Shown: positions 45,845 through 55,100 of the stretch, piece by piece
How the letters are laid out: the number at the start of each line of letters is the position of its first letter
Numbering within the stretch: position 1 is the stretch's first letter
Assembly (NCBI GenBank): GCA_947599875.1
Contig: CANQFV010000007.1
Span: forward strand, 11,661 to 75,660
DNA length: 64,000 nucleotides
Direction of reading: 5' to 3'
Source of the DNA: an uncultured Oscillospiraceae bacterium
Lineage (GTDB): Bacteria > Bacillota > Clostridia > Oscillospirales > Oscillospiraceae
The notes under the pieces: generated by a model
Told to the model about the DNA's origin: nothing
What the model saw: only the letters and a program-made list of their open reading frames with translations
Database searches by the model: none
Made by a program: the position numbers and the translations under genes

Positions 45845-46945
45845 TCAGGCCTTGAAAGGGGCAAAATACGCCGCGATCTGACGCATCCGATCCTCCTGCT
45901 TCACATGGAAGGGACAGCGGCTTTCGCAGTGGCCGCAGTGGAGGCAGTCGGAGGCGTGGACAGGGAGCTTCTGGTAATGTCCTTTCGCCAGCTCGTCGCC
46001 GGCGCGGGCCAGGTCGTAGTATTTGTTGATGAGGCCCACGTTCAGGCCGGCGGGGCAGGGCTGACAGTGGTTGCAGTAGACGCACACGCCCTCGGCGTCC
46101 CGGGGTGTGAAGCGGCTGATGTCCGAATAGTCCAGCTCCTCGGGCGCGGCGTCTATGTAGTGGAGTACGGTCTCAAGGTCAGCCATGTCCCGGACACCGG
46201 GGAGAACCGTCAGCACGGCGGGGCGGTCCAGGGCGTACTGGAAGCACTGAACATGGGTGAGAGCGTGACCGAAAAGGGAGCGTTTTTCATCCAGGAGCTG
46301 GCCTCCGGCGAAGGGCTTCATCACGGAGATGCCCACGCCCATCCTCTCGCAGTCCCGGTAAAGGGCGGCGCGCTGGGCGACCTCGCCGATGGCGTATTCG
46401 CCCTTTTGATAGTCGTAGGCCGGGTTGATGCTGAACATGAATAGGTCGATGAGGCCGGTGTCCAGGACTCGCCTGGCGATAGTGGGGTCGTGGGAGGAAA
46501 AGCCCAGGTGCCGGATGACGCCGTCCGCCTTGAGGCCCCTCATGTAGTCCCAGAGGCCGCCGTTCAGCACCTCGTCCAAATCCTCCATATCATCCACGCA
46601 GTGGATGAAGCCGAAGTCCGTATAATCCATCTTGAGGGTGCGGAAATTCCAGGCAATCTGCTCCTTGATCTCGTCAAGGTCGCGGGTCCAGCCATACTCG
46701 CCGGTTTTGTAGATCGCGCCGAAGTGCATCTGGGTGAGGATCTTATCCCGCCTCCCGGCGAAAGCCTCCGCGTAGGCGAAAAAGGGCGCCTGGACGGAGG
46801 GGGCCAGGTCAAAATAGTTGATTCCGCTCTCAATGGCGGCGTTCAGCACGGCGGCCATCTCGTCCTTCGTGCCGGAGAGGCTCCCGGCGCCGAGGCCGAT
46901 GACGCTTATCTTCTCGCCCCCGTGGGGCAGTGTGCGATATTCCAT
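45845..46945 (-). CDS. aldo/keto reductase with C-terminal 4Fe-4S ferredoxin-type cluster motifs (copy A)
   Basis: AKR N-terminus (YRTLPHGGEKISVIGLG) and C-terminal CNHCQPCP...CLHCGHCESRCP. Over 90% identical by eye to 57493..58593. Confidence 0.88.
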   Translation of the reverse strand: MEYRTLPHGGEKISVIGLGAGSLSGTKDEMAAVLNAAIESGINYFDLAPSVQAPFFAYAEAFAGRRDKILTQMHFGAIYKTGEYGWTRDLDEIKEQIAWNFRTLKMDYTDFGFIHCVDDMEDLDEVLNGGLWDYMRGLKADGVIRHLGFSSHDPTIARRVLDTGLIDLFMFSINPAYDYQKGEYAIGEVAQRAALYRDCERMGVGISVMKPFAGGQLLDEKRSLFGHALTHVQCFQYALDRPAVLTVLPGVRDMADLETVLHYIDAAPEELDYSDISRFTPRDAEGVCVYCNHCQPCPAGLNVGLINKYYDLARAGDELAKGHYQKLPVHASDCLHCGHCESRCPFHVKQEDRMRQIAAYFAPFKA

Positions 46946-46955
46946 ATGTACCTCC

Positions 46956-47429
46956 TCACTCCAGGGACAGGGTGATGGTCACGTCGCCGTTTGAGAGAAG
47001 CCCGGCCATCTCCTCATCCGATTTGTCCATGATGTGCCCGAGCCGCGTGTACGCCCAGGAGTTGGAGCCGTAGAATATCACGATCTGGTCGCCGGAGTAC
47101 AGCACGATGTCGCCGGACTGCGTCACGGTCTGCACATCGTTTCGCGGGAGAGCTGACCCCAGATATCCCACCTGCTCGAACCCGCCGTACATGGACATTT
47201 GAACCGTGATGGGTCCGTCCTGAACGAGCTTTCGGAGGGTCGCGACGGATTCGTTGTCCTCCCAGCTAACCGAAACGTCCATATTGCCGATCCGCATTTT
47301 TAATGTATCGTCCATTTGAGTATCCTCCGGTTTCGTTGAATCCTTGCCTCCCGCCGTGTCCCCGCGCCCGCACGCCGCGAGGGCAAAAATCAAGGCGGAG
47401 ACCAGCAGAAAAATGGTGATCTTTTTCAT
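46956..47429 (-). CDS. cyclophilin-like-fold lipoprotein (copy A)
   Basis: Lipobox ALAAC. VSVSWEDNESV...MYGGFEQVG...GDIVLYSGDQIVIFYGSNSW. Paralog of 58971..59444. Confidence 0.72.
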   Translation of the reverse strand: MKKITIFLLVSALIFALAACGRGDTAGGKDSTKPEDTQMDDTLKMRIGNMDVSVSWEDNESVATLRKLVQDGPITVQMSMYGGFEQVGYLGSALPRNDVQTVTQSGDIVLYSGDQIVIFYGSNSWAYTRLGHIMDKSDEEMAGLLSNGDVTITLSLE

Positions 47430-47941
47430 ATCATGCCTTCCAGAAGGTTTATTGAGCAACCTAAATTATACCCGCCCCGCCCCCGGTTGTAAAGGGCGAA
47501 GTGATCAGGCGTATTGATTTGTGGCGTGGAGCCGATGTAGTTATCCGTTGGAAAGCCGAAATCCGGCCCGCACCCGGCCCTATGGAGCGATGCCAGCTCG
47601 CGGCCGAAGGTTTCCCAGTAATCCCGCCGGCGCGGGGCGGGGGAGAGGTATTCCATGATCAAAAACGACTCTGTTTTATCTGCTCCGACTGCCAGCGGCT
47701 CCGGCACGCCGATGACGCCAGGCTCCCTCAGCGCCTCCAGCCCCCGCGCCTCGGCGGTGAACATGTTCCGAAGCCCCGGCCGGTTGCACTTGAGGAACAC
47801 GGCCTCCCCGTTAGAAAGCTCCAGCCGGTACGTCCGGTTGATGTCCCCGCCGGACACCCGCCGCCGGTCAACGACCCTGGCCGCCGGGCCGAAAAGGGCG
47901 AGGATCGCCCCATCTACCGAATTTGCGGACAGCACGTTCAT
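47426..47941 (-). pseudogene. fructosamine/ketosamine kinase family gene, N-terminal fragment only (copy A)
   Basis: Matches aa 1 to about 143 of the intact paralog 59611..60483 up to DNYIGSTPQ, then unrelated sequence. About 0.5 kb deleted relative to copy B. Confidence 0.75.
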
Positions 47942-47965
47942 CCCCCCTTTTTGCGTTATGTCAAC

Positions 47966-50284
47966 TTAATCCGCAAGCCTCAGAAGCCCCTTTTTGACGG
48001 CCCCCTGAAGCTCGAAACGCTTCACCCCGGGGACCGCGTCAAAGACGATGCTCGCCACGATGCTCTTGCCGTAGGTGGCAAGCTCGGTGATCCGCCCCGT
48101 GCCGAAGAGGGTGTGCGTGACGTGTGTGCCGGTTTTGAAGCTCTGAACCGGCGCGGATCTGCCCGCCGCGTCAGGCGGCGTCTTGACGCTCAAAGGCCTT
48201 GGAGGGGCGTACCTCACAGCCGGATCGCGGCGTTGGGCCATTTGCCAGAGGGGCAGAAGCTCCGTCCCTCCGCCGGAATATTTGATCAGGAAGTTATCGC
48301 CGCACTGGGCAAGGATCTCCCCCTGCCCGTTTTCCTTGCCGGAATACGTCTTCCCCAGCAGATTTTCGTAGAGGAAGGAGAAAACGTCGCCCGAGGAAAC
48401 CACCTCCCTTGGCAGGGACGCCAGGGCCTCCCTTGTGAAGCAGGAGGGGGAATCGGCGCAGGAAAAGAGGTACAGCCACGACTTTGCCCGGGTCATCGCC
48501 ACATAGAACAGCCGCCGCTCCTCCTGATAGGAGCGCGTTTCCTCCTCCGTCTTGCACGCGTGGGCCGGCTTTAGGGGGAGGACGCCGTCAAGGACATCCA
48601 GAAGAAACACCCGCTCAAACTCCAGCCCCTTGGCCGAATGGATCGTGGATAGGGTCAGGAGCGTCTCCGGCGTGTTCTTATGGCGGGTGAGCAGCGCCTG
48701 AAGCTCGTCCAGGCGGCGCAGCAGGCCGCCCACGGTCTCCTCCTCCCGCGCCAGCATCTGAAGTATAAAGAATTTGCCGCTGTCGAGGCCGTTTTGCTCC
48801 ATATACACGCTGTATTGCAGCTCGTTTCGGATGGCATCCAATGCGCGGCCTGCGCTGAGCGCCGGGAGCTTGGGGAGGAGGGAGCGGAGCTTCAGAATCC
48901 CCTCCCGGGCGGAGACGGACATGTCGTGAAAGCCGGAAAACGACTCTAAAATGTCCCTCCCGGTTCGGCGCGACCCGTTACAGGCAAACTGCGCCGCGGC
49001 CTTGGACAGGGGAAAACCGAATTTATAATAGATCTGCATGAAGGCCTCCGCATCCGTCGGATCCTCCGCGAAACGGACGATGGCGCGGATGTCATTTAAG
49101 ATGCGGTGACTGAAGAAGGACGCGTCAAAATTCCGGCAGTTGTAGGGGATGCCGTTTCGCTCAAAGAGGTCGATCAGCGGCAGGGCGCTTTCGTTGTTGC
49201 GGTAGAGGATCGCCGTCTCGATCCGCACCTCCCGGGATTCGTGGAAGAGGTAGTCAAACTGCGCCTCCCGGGTGAGGGAGTAGATTTTCCTGACGGCGTC
49301 CCCGCTTTCCTTGGTGGAGCGAATCGTCTTGTCCCGGCGAAATTTGTTCCCGGCGACAAAGGCGTTGGCCAGGGAGACGATCTCCGGCGTGGAGCGAAAG
49401 TTGTCCTCGATCAGCAGAACCTTTGCCCCCGGGTGATCCTCCTCAAAGTGCATCAGCGCGTCCGGGTAGGCCGCCCGGAAGCCGTAGATGGACTGATCCT
49501 CGTCGCCCACCATAAACAGATTTCCGCTTTTCGACGCCAGGAGCTTGATGATCTGGTGCTGGATTTTGGAGGTGTCCTGCGCCTCATCCACGCAGATATA
49601 GGGAAAGGCGCTTTGAAAATGCTCCAGCAGGGACGGCACCCTCTGTAGGAAGAGCAGGGCGTAGGTCATCTGGTCGTCATAGTCCATGAGCCGCCGGCTT
49701 TTCAATACGGCGCAGTAACGGGCGTAGATTTCCGGAAAATGCTCCACGCCGGCGTCCACATGGCCGATGTCGTCGCCTGTGATCATCATGTTCTTGACGT
49801 ATGTAATGGCGGTTCGGATGTCCTTGACGGTACTGGGCGGGGCGTATGTTTCCCCCGCCACCTCGCAGTAGACGGCCGCCGCGATTTTGTTAAGCTCGCC
49901 CTCGCTGTCTAAAAGGCGAAACGCACGTTCCTTGCCGTGATTTCTCTCATAGTACTGGATGATCTTTGCCGAGAGGCCGTTTATGGTGCGAAATTCCATC
50001 CTGTCGGCAAGCTCCTGGCCGAAGAGCGCGGCAAAGCGCTGCTTCATCTCCTGAGTGGCGGCCACCGTGTAGGTCATGGTCAGGATGCACTCGGGCTCGA
50101 TGCCCAGACAGCAGGTCATGTACCCCAGCCGTGCCACAAGCACCGTGGTCTTGCCGCTTCCCGGGACTGCCAGAAGCAGCACCGGCCCCTCCACCGCCCT
50201 CACCGCCTCGAGCTGCGAGGGCGTTAAATTTTTGAGAAATTGTTCCCGGAATTCATCGGGTGTCATTCTGCCCATGTGCGCCAC
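47966..50284 (-). CDS. UvrD/PcrA/Rep-family SF1 DNA helicase
   Basis: Walker A AVPGSGKTTV, DEAQDTS, FMVGDEDQSIYGFR, TIHSAKGLEF, VAMTRAK. The C-terminal FGTGRI tudor-like tail is typical of PcrA/UvrD. Confidence 0.9.
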   Translation of the reverse strand: MAHMGRMTPDEFREQFLKNLTPSQLEAVRAVEGPVLLLAVPGSGKTTVLVARLGYMTCCLGIEPECILTMTYTVAATQEMKQRFAALFGQELADRMEFRTINGLSAKIIQYYERNHGKERAFRLLDSEGELNKIAAAVYCEVAGETYAPPSTVKDIRTAITYVKNMMITGDDIGHVDAGVEHFPEIYARYCAVLKSRRLMDYDDQMTYALLFLQRVPSLLEHFQSAFPYICVDEAQDTSKIQHQIIKLLASKSGNLFMVGDEDQSIYGFRAAYPDALMHFEEDHPGAKVLLIEDNFRSTPEIVSLANAFVAGNKFRRDKTIRSTKESGDAVRKIYSLTREAQFDYLFHESREVRIETAILYRNNESALPLIDLFERNGIPYNCRNFDASFFSHRILNDIRAIVRFAEDPTDAEAFMQIYYKFGFPLSKAAAQFACNGSRRTGRDILESFSGFHDMSVSAREGILKLRSLLPKLPALSAGRALDAIRNELQYSVYMEQNGLDSGKFFILQMLAREEETVGGLLRRLDELQALLTRHKNTPETLLTLSTIHSAKGLEFERVFLLDVLDGVLPLKPAHACKTEEETRSYQEERRLFYVAMTRAKSWLYLFSCADSPSCFTREALASLPREVVSSGDVFSFLYENLLGKTYSGKENGQGEILAQCGDNFLIKYSGGGTELLPLWQMAQRRDPAVRYAPPRPLSVKTPPDAAGRSAPVQSFKTGTHVTHTLFGTGRITELATYGKSIVASIVFDAVPGVKRFELQGAVKKGLLRLAD

Positions 50285-50361
50285 ATCCAGAGAAAAAATA
50301 AACTATTGCTATTGTACCGTAAATTTGATCAAATATCAACCGAAAAGGGATCGGAACGGAG

Positions 50362-50592
50362 ATGTTTATTGAAATCGCGGGAAATATGGGGTATAATCAG
50401 GCTGTCGGGAAGGGCCGCGGGCCTTTCAGGCATAACCTGGAGGAGCTTGCCGACCTTCTGGAGGTCATCCGCGCCGCCGCTGCCGCCCGCGGGTACGCGG
50501 TGGAGGAGCTGGAGCGGGTTCGGACGGAAAAAGCCGCCAGGCGCGGTGGGTTTGAGAGGAAGCTATATTTGCGGGAGGTTTTTGAGAAGTAG
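50362..50592 (+). pseudogene. MazG-like NTP pyrophosphohydrolase remnant (C-terminal half only; copy A)
   Basis: EELADLLEVIRAAAAARGYAVEELERVRTEKAARRGGFERKLYLREVFEK aligns to aa 57-107 of 60631..60960. The N-terminal half is missing. Confidence 0.65.
50369..50397 (+). promoter_or_regulatory. sigma-A promoter, copy A (paralogous to 60571-60599)
   Basis: TTGAAA, 17 nt, TATAAT. The flanking sequence is conserved with copy B. Confidence 0.5.
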
Positions 50593-50677
50593 CACCGCTT
50601 CCCGGCGCGCCCCGGGAGACCCTGACCGGGGCCGGCAGGGAATTCTTCGGCGGGTTTAAAAGAAAGGAGTCTATCGC

Positions 50678-51022
50678 ATGACCATCGACCGCGCAACTGA
50701 GATTCTGAGGACCCTGGCGGAGGGTACAGACCCCCTCACAGGGGAGATCCTCTCCGACGACAATGTCTGCAACAGGGCAGAGGTCGTCAGGGCCTTCTAC
50801 TGTATCCTGAATGAGCTTGAGGGGAAAAAGAAAACCCCCGCCAGGAATTTACCCGATAACGCGGGAAAACCGTGGACGGAGGAGGACGACATGAAGCTGG
50901 TCAAGATGTATGACGAGGGATGCACAAAAAAGGAAATGATGAGCTGCTTTGGCAGGACAAACGGCGCCATCGTGTCCCGGTTGATGAGACTTGGAAAAAT
51001 AGACAACCGGAACGTCTTTTGA
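50678..51022 (+). CDS. hypothetical protein with Myb/SANT-like HTH C-terminal half
   Basis: AAAGGAG RBS. KPWTEEDDMKLVKMYDEGCTKKEMMSCFGRTNGAIVSRLMRLG resembles SANT/sigma-r4-like HTH. Confidence 0.6.
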   Translation: MTIDRATEILRTLAEGTDPLTGEILSDDNVCNRAEVVRAFYCILNELEGKKKTPARNLPDNAGKPWTEEDDMKLVKMYDEGCTKKEMMSCFGRTNGAIVSRLMRLGKIDNRNVF

Positions 51023-51040
51023 CAGGAGGAAGGGAAAGCC

Positions 51041-51559
51041 ATGAATCATATCCAAATTCTTCGCGCTGACATCACCGCCCTCTCCTGTGACGCCATCGTC
51101 AACGCCGCAAATCAGAGCTTACTGGGCGGCGGGGGAGTGGACGGGGCGATCCACAGGGCGGCGGGGCCGGAGCTGCTGCGTGAGTGCCGGACGCTTGGCG
51201 GGTGCCGGACTGGGGAAGCGAAAATCACAAAGGGGTATCGGCTCCCGGCAAAATTCGTCATCCACACCGTGGGGCCGGTTTACAGCGGGGCGCCGGACGA
51301 CGCGCCCCTGCTGGCGGACTGCTACCGGAATTCCCTGAACCTGGCGCGGGAGAACGGCGTCCACACCATAGCCTTCCCGGCCATCTCAACGGGCGTGTAC
51401 GGCTACCCGCTGAGGGAGGCCACGAAAGTCGCGGTAGATACCGTGAGGAAGTGGCTGGAGGACAACCGGGATTACCTGATGGACGTGACCTTCTGCTGCT
51501 TCGATGACCGCACAAGGGGGGCGTATGAGGAGTATGAGAAAAAACTGTCGCGGCAATAG
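51041..51559 (+). CDS. macro domain protein (O-acetyl-ADP-ribose deacetylase, YmdB-like)
   Basis: [32 protein letters not shown]...VIHTVGP...[14 protein letters not shown]. Confidence 0.92.
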   Translation: MNHIQILRADITALSCDAIVNAANQSLLGGGGVDGAIHRAAGPELLRECRTLGGCRTGEAKITKGYRLPAKFVIHTVGPVYSGAPDDAPLLADCYRNSLNLARENGVHTIAFPAISTGVYGYPLREATKVAVDTVRKWLEDNRDYLMDVTFCCFDDRTRGAYEEYEKKLSRQ

Positions 51560-51569
51560 TGATATAGAA

Positions 51570-51609
51570 AACCGGCCGGCACGTCGATGGGCGTGCCGGC
51601 CGGTTTTTT
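51570..51609. terminator. bidirectional rho-independent terminator
   Basis: AACCGGCCGGCACG...CGTGCCGGCCGGTT followed by TTTT, with an A-run upstream. Confidence 0.75.
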
Positions 51610-52103
51610 CAGGTTTCTTTCCCTCTGACTGCCTCACCGTAGAACGCGGCGAGAATGAGGATGTAGCAGACGGTTTTGGGCAGCATCAGCATACCGAGGA
51701 TGGGGACGATACCCGCCGCCACAGCCACGGGGATGTAGAAAAGAAAGGAGAGGGTGATGAGGAGCCAGATGAAGCGGAAGCGCCGGTTCTTGCCCCGGGT
51801 CTTGAAGTAGAGCGCCACGATGATCGTCCCCAGAACCACAAAGGGCACGTTGCGGATCACCCCCCAGAGTACGCCGCTGTCATTCTCCAGCCACCTGTTC
51901 TGCGGGAAAAGGCAGAGGGCGATGCGGACAGCCGCCAGGGCCCAGACGGCGGCAGTGAGGGGCTTATTTTCCGCCTCCTCATACGTCCCGAGCCAGATAT
52001 AGTACATGAGGACATAGAAAACGGTCATGGTGACGGAGGTGACCAGCTTCCCGGCGCCCAGCGCCGCCGAGCCCAACTTCGGGAAAAAGGTGAAACGGGT
52101 CAA
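51609..52103 (-). CDS. small polytopic membrane protein (4-5 TM), unknown function
   Basis: 164-aa hydrophobic ORF, 40 nt downstream of and co-directional with the helicase-nuclease gene. Confidence 0.55.
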   Translation of the reverse strand: MTRFTFFPKLGSAALGAGKLVTSVTMTVFYVLMYYIWLGTYEEAENKPLTAAVWALAAVRIALCLFPQNRWLENDSGVLWGVIRNVPFVVLGTIIVALYFKTRGKNRRFRFIWLLITLSFLFYIPVAVAAGIVPILGMLMLPKTVCYILILAAFYGEAVRGKET

Positions 52104-52143
52104 GCGAAAAAGAGAGTTGTAAGGCCGGACAAATTCAAAACAT

Positions 52144-55100
52144 CTATTTCATCCTCCCGGCGGTGAAATATCGGATCAGGATGTCCTTGATGTAGTGGTA
52201 ACGTCGGGCATAGGTGTTTTCCACGCGGATAAGCTCAAAGCCGTGGTCGCGGCAGATATCGTTTTTGCGTCTGTCGCGCTCCCGGACTACCAAATCCTCA
52301 AAATGTTCTCTTCCGTCCAACTCGATAGCCAGAACGGGCAGCTCGTTTTTTCCGACGGTGCGCTCATAGACCACAAAGTCAAAGCGGCCGGTGTAAAAGA
52401 GGCTGGAATAGGACGTATTGTTGCGGAACACCTGAGAAACAGGGACTTCCTTCCGTATGGAGTATTTGTTTCCGAAGGGGAGGATATTGTCAATAGCGTG
52501 GTTCAGATTCTCCATAAAAGCCGCTTCGGTCTCGGAGCTGTAGGGCTTGATGCCTAAAGCCCTGGAAATGGCGGTGCGCTGAGTGACTGTCGATGCGCCG
52601 TTGGACTTTATGTACTCTACCAGCTCAAAGAGGTCGTCCTGCTCGTCTGCGTTGTGGAGCCGTCTCAGATTTTTATCGCTGCCCAGGACGATGAGCTGAT
52701 TCTTTGCCCGCGAAGTGGCTACGTTGATCAGTTCTCGATTGTTCTTGAGCCAGTTATATGTCTTTTGCCGCGTCTCATCTGACAGTCCCAGGGAGAAGAG
52801 AATGACATCCTTTTCATCGCCCTGAAAGGCGTGAACGGTGCCGCAGGTGACATTGAATATCCCGGCGTCCCGCAGACGTTCATCGATAAGGGCGCGCTGG
52901 TTGGCAAACGGCGTGATGATGCCGAGATTTTCACCGGGATGTTTTTGAACATACTCTACGATTTGTTCCGCCTCACCGGGGGCGGTGTTTTTTATGGCGG
53001 AGTCACTGTCGGAAACATCCACAAACAGGAGCGGCCGGTCACTCCTGCTGTTGCTCAGGATGGTCAGCTTCCCGTTATAATACTTTCGGTTGTTGAAATC
53101 GATGATCTTTTTATGACAGCGGTAGTGATACCGAAGCAGAACCTCATCGCTGACAGAATCGCAGGCGAGGTACGTCTTGTATACGGAGTTTTGAATATAG
53201 TCGTACTCCTCCGGAACGCCGTACTTTTTCCTAAGCACTTGGTTGTCCGCCGGGTCCAGGAGTATCACCGGATCCAACTGCTGAGGGTCGCCCACCAGCA
53301 TCAGGCTGTAGCCGCGGAGAATGGGCACCAGGGACACGGCGATATTGCACTGGCTCGCCTCGTCCATGATGACCATATCAAAATACTGCCTTGGTTCTCC
53401 AATCTTATGTGCGGAAATGCAGGTAGTGGAGACAATAGGAAAGATACGCAGAAAAGCCTCTACATTCTCGTCCTTGTTGAGGTATTTGTTGAAGCTTGAG
53501 ACCCGGTCTGGATTCTCGCTGTCCATGAGGATAATATCTAAAAGTTCCCTATTTTTGGGTTCGCTGAGGCGCTTGATAATCTTAGCGGAGGTGTAATAAA
53601 GATATTTCCTAAATTCCTCCCCGTCGTCGTCGATAAGCGCCAGTGCGTCGGAGTTTTTGATGTCGCCAATTTCAGATAAACGGGCGTCGATCTCCGTGAG
53701 CTGGCGGCCTTGAAGCTCGGCCTGGAAGCTCAGCTGGTGATTCTCAGAAAGAAGATGCTCCACTGTTTCCCGCCGTTCACGGAGGTCAAGAACCTCCTCA
53801 TAATTTGAGAGAAGCTCTGTGAGCTGCTTAGCCCTCTGAATCTTGCTCTTCCGGTCCTTGTCAAGGGTGGAATCAAAAATCTTTACATTCCGTGTTCGCT
53901 CATAGAGATCGCGGATGTCGTCAAGAGCATGGGCAACCTTGTCATTGTTTCCAAGCCGTATCATGGGGAACGGGATGCTCTGCCCACGGTAGGTGAGCCC
54001 TCTCAGCTTTTTGAATACGCTGTCTATGGGGTGGTTATTGTATGAGGCAAATAGAACCGTCCGGCCGTTGAAAAAGGCGGTCATGATGGTGTTGAGAATC
54101 GTGTTCGTCTTCCCGGTTCCCGGCGGCCCCTGAATATAAGCCAAGGGGAAACGCATGGCGTTGTTGATGGCCAGAAGCTGATCCAAGTTGACCCGGCGGT
54201 CAAGGAGGGCAATCGGGTAACTTTTTCGTCGGACCGGCCGTTTGAGAAGATCCCCGAAAAAAGCCTGGATGGGCGCCGTGACCCTGTCCTCGTTGTACAT
54301 CGTGGTAATGGCCGCGTACTCGTGTTCCAAATCAAGAGGAATATCCGCTGCGATGGCAATGAGATAGGGCATGTCATCCACACCGCTTATTTTTGCGTTG
54401 GTCACGGTGATGACATCTTTGATCGTCTCCAGGTTCTCCTCAAAATCGTCCAGCAGGTCCATGTCGTCGGCGTCCAGGAACCGGTGGATGCTCACCCTTT
54501 CACCGGAGATGGAGAATTCCCGGCAAAGCGTGATTCTGTCGTCCGGGCGCAGAGAGCGGGCTTCGATGTCAAGGAACATCTTTCGATACGCCAGTACATA
54601 GAGGCCCTGCTTTGTGTGGATGCTCATCACATTCAAGCCCAGCTGCTTGATTTTCAGCTTGTTGTCTTCCTCCTGGGCGGCCTTGTATTGAAAATACCGC
54701 ACGATTTCTTGAAACTGTTTTTCACTGAGGGCGTAGGAGCCGCCGGTGAATCCTTCCCCGTCAAAATGGTGGATCAGAGCGTACTCGCAGCTATACGGCG
54801 TGGCGTCCAGACGGTTGCAATCGGAGAGATAATTCAATATCTTAAGATTGGGAATATTGTCAAAAAGTCCGGTATATTTCTCCGGATGAAGGGCAATATC
54901 CCCCACAAGTCGCTGATTTATGGCGCAGTACGTCCCCTCCAGAACGGCGGAGCTGAGAATAGAATCGATGTAGATCACCAGCTCCGCCGTGGCCATTTCC
55001 CCCAGGTGGAGTCCATCAACTCGCAGCATTTTGTGCTTAAGATCAATATCTTGGATGCCGATCCAATATTTAGTGAGCTTGCCGTCCTTGTTCCTGTATT

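Noticed and set aside
50678-51559. DarT-DarG-like toxin-antitoxin (macro-domain antitoxin)
   Set aside because: The upstream 114-aa protein shows no DarT (DUF4433) features and looks like an HTH/SANT protein. The macro domain is of the YmdB/O-acetyl-ADP-ribose deacetylase type and lacks the DarG C-terminal extension.
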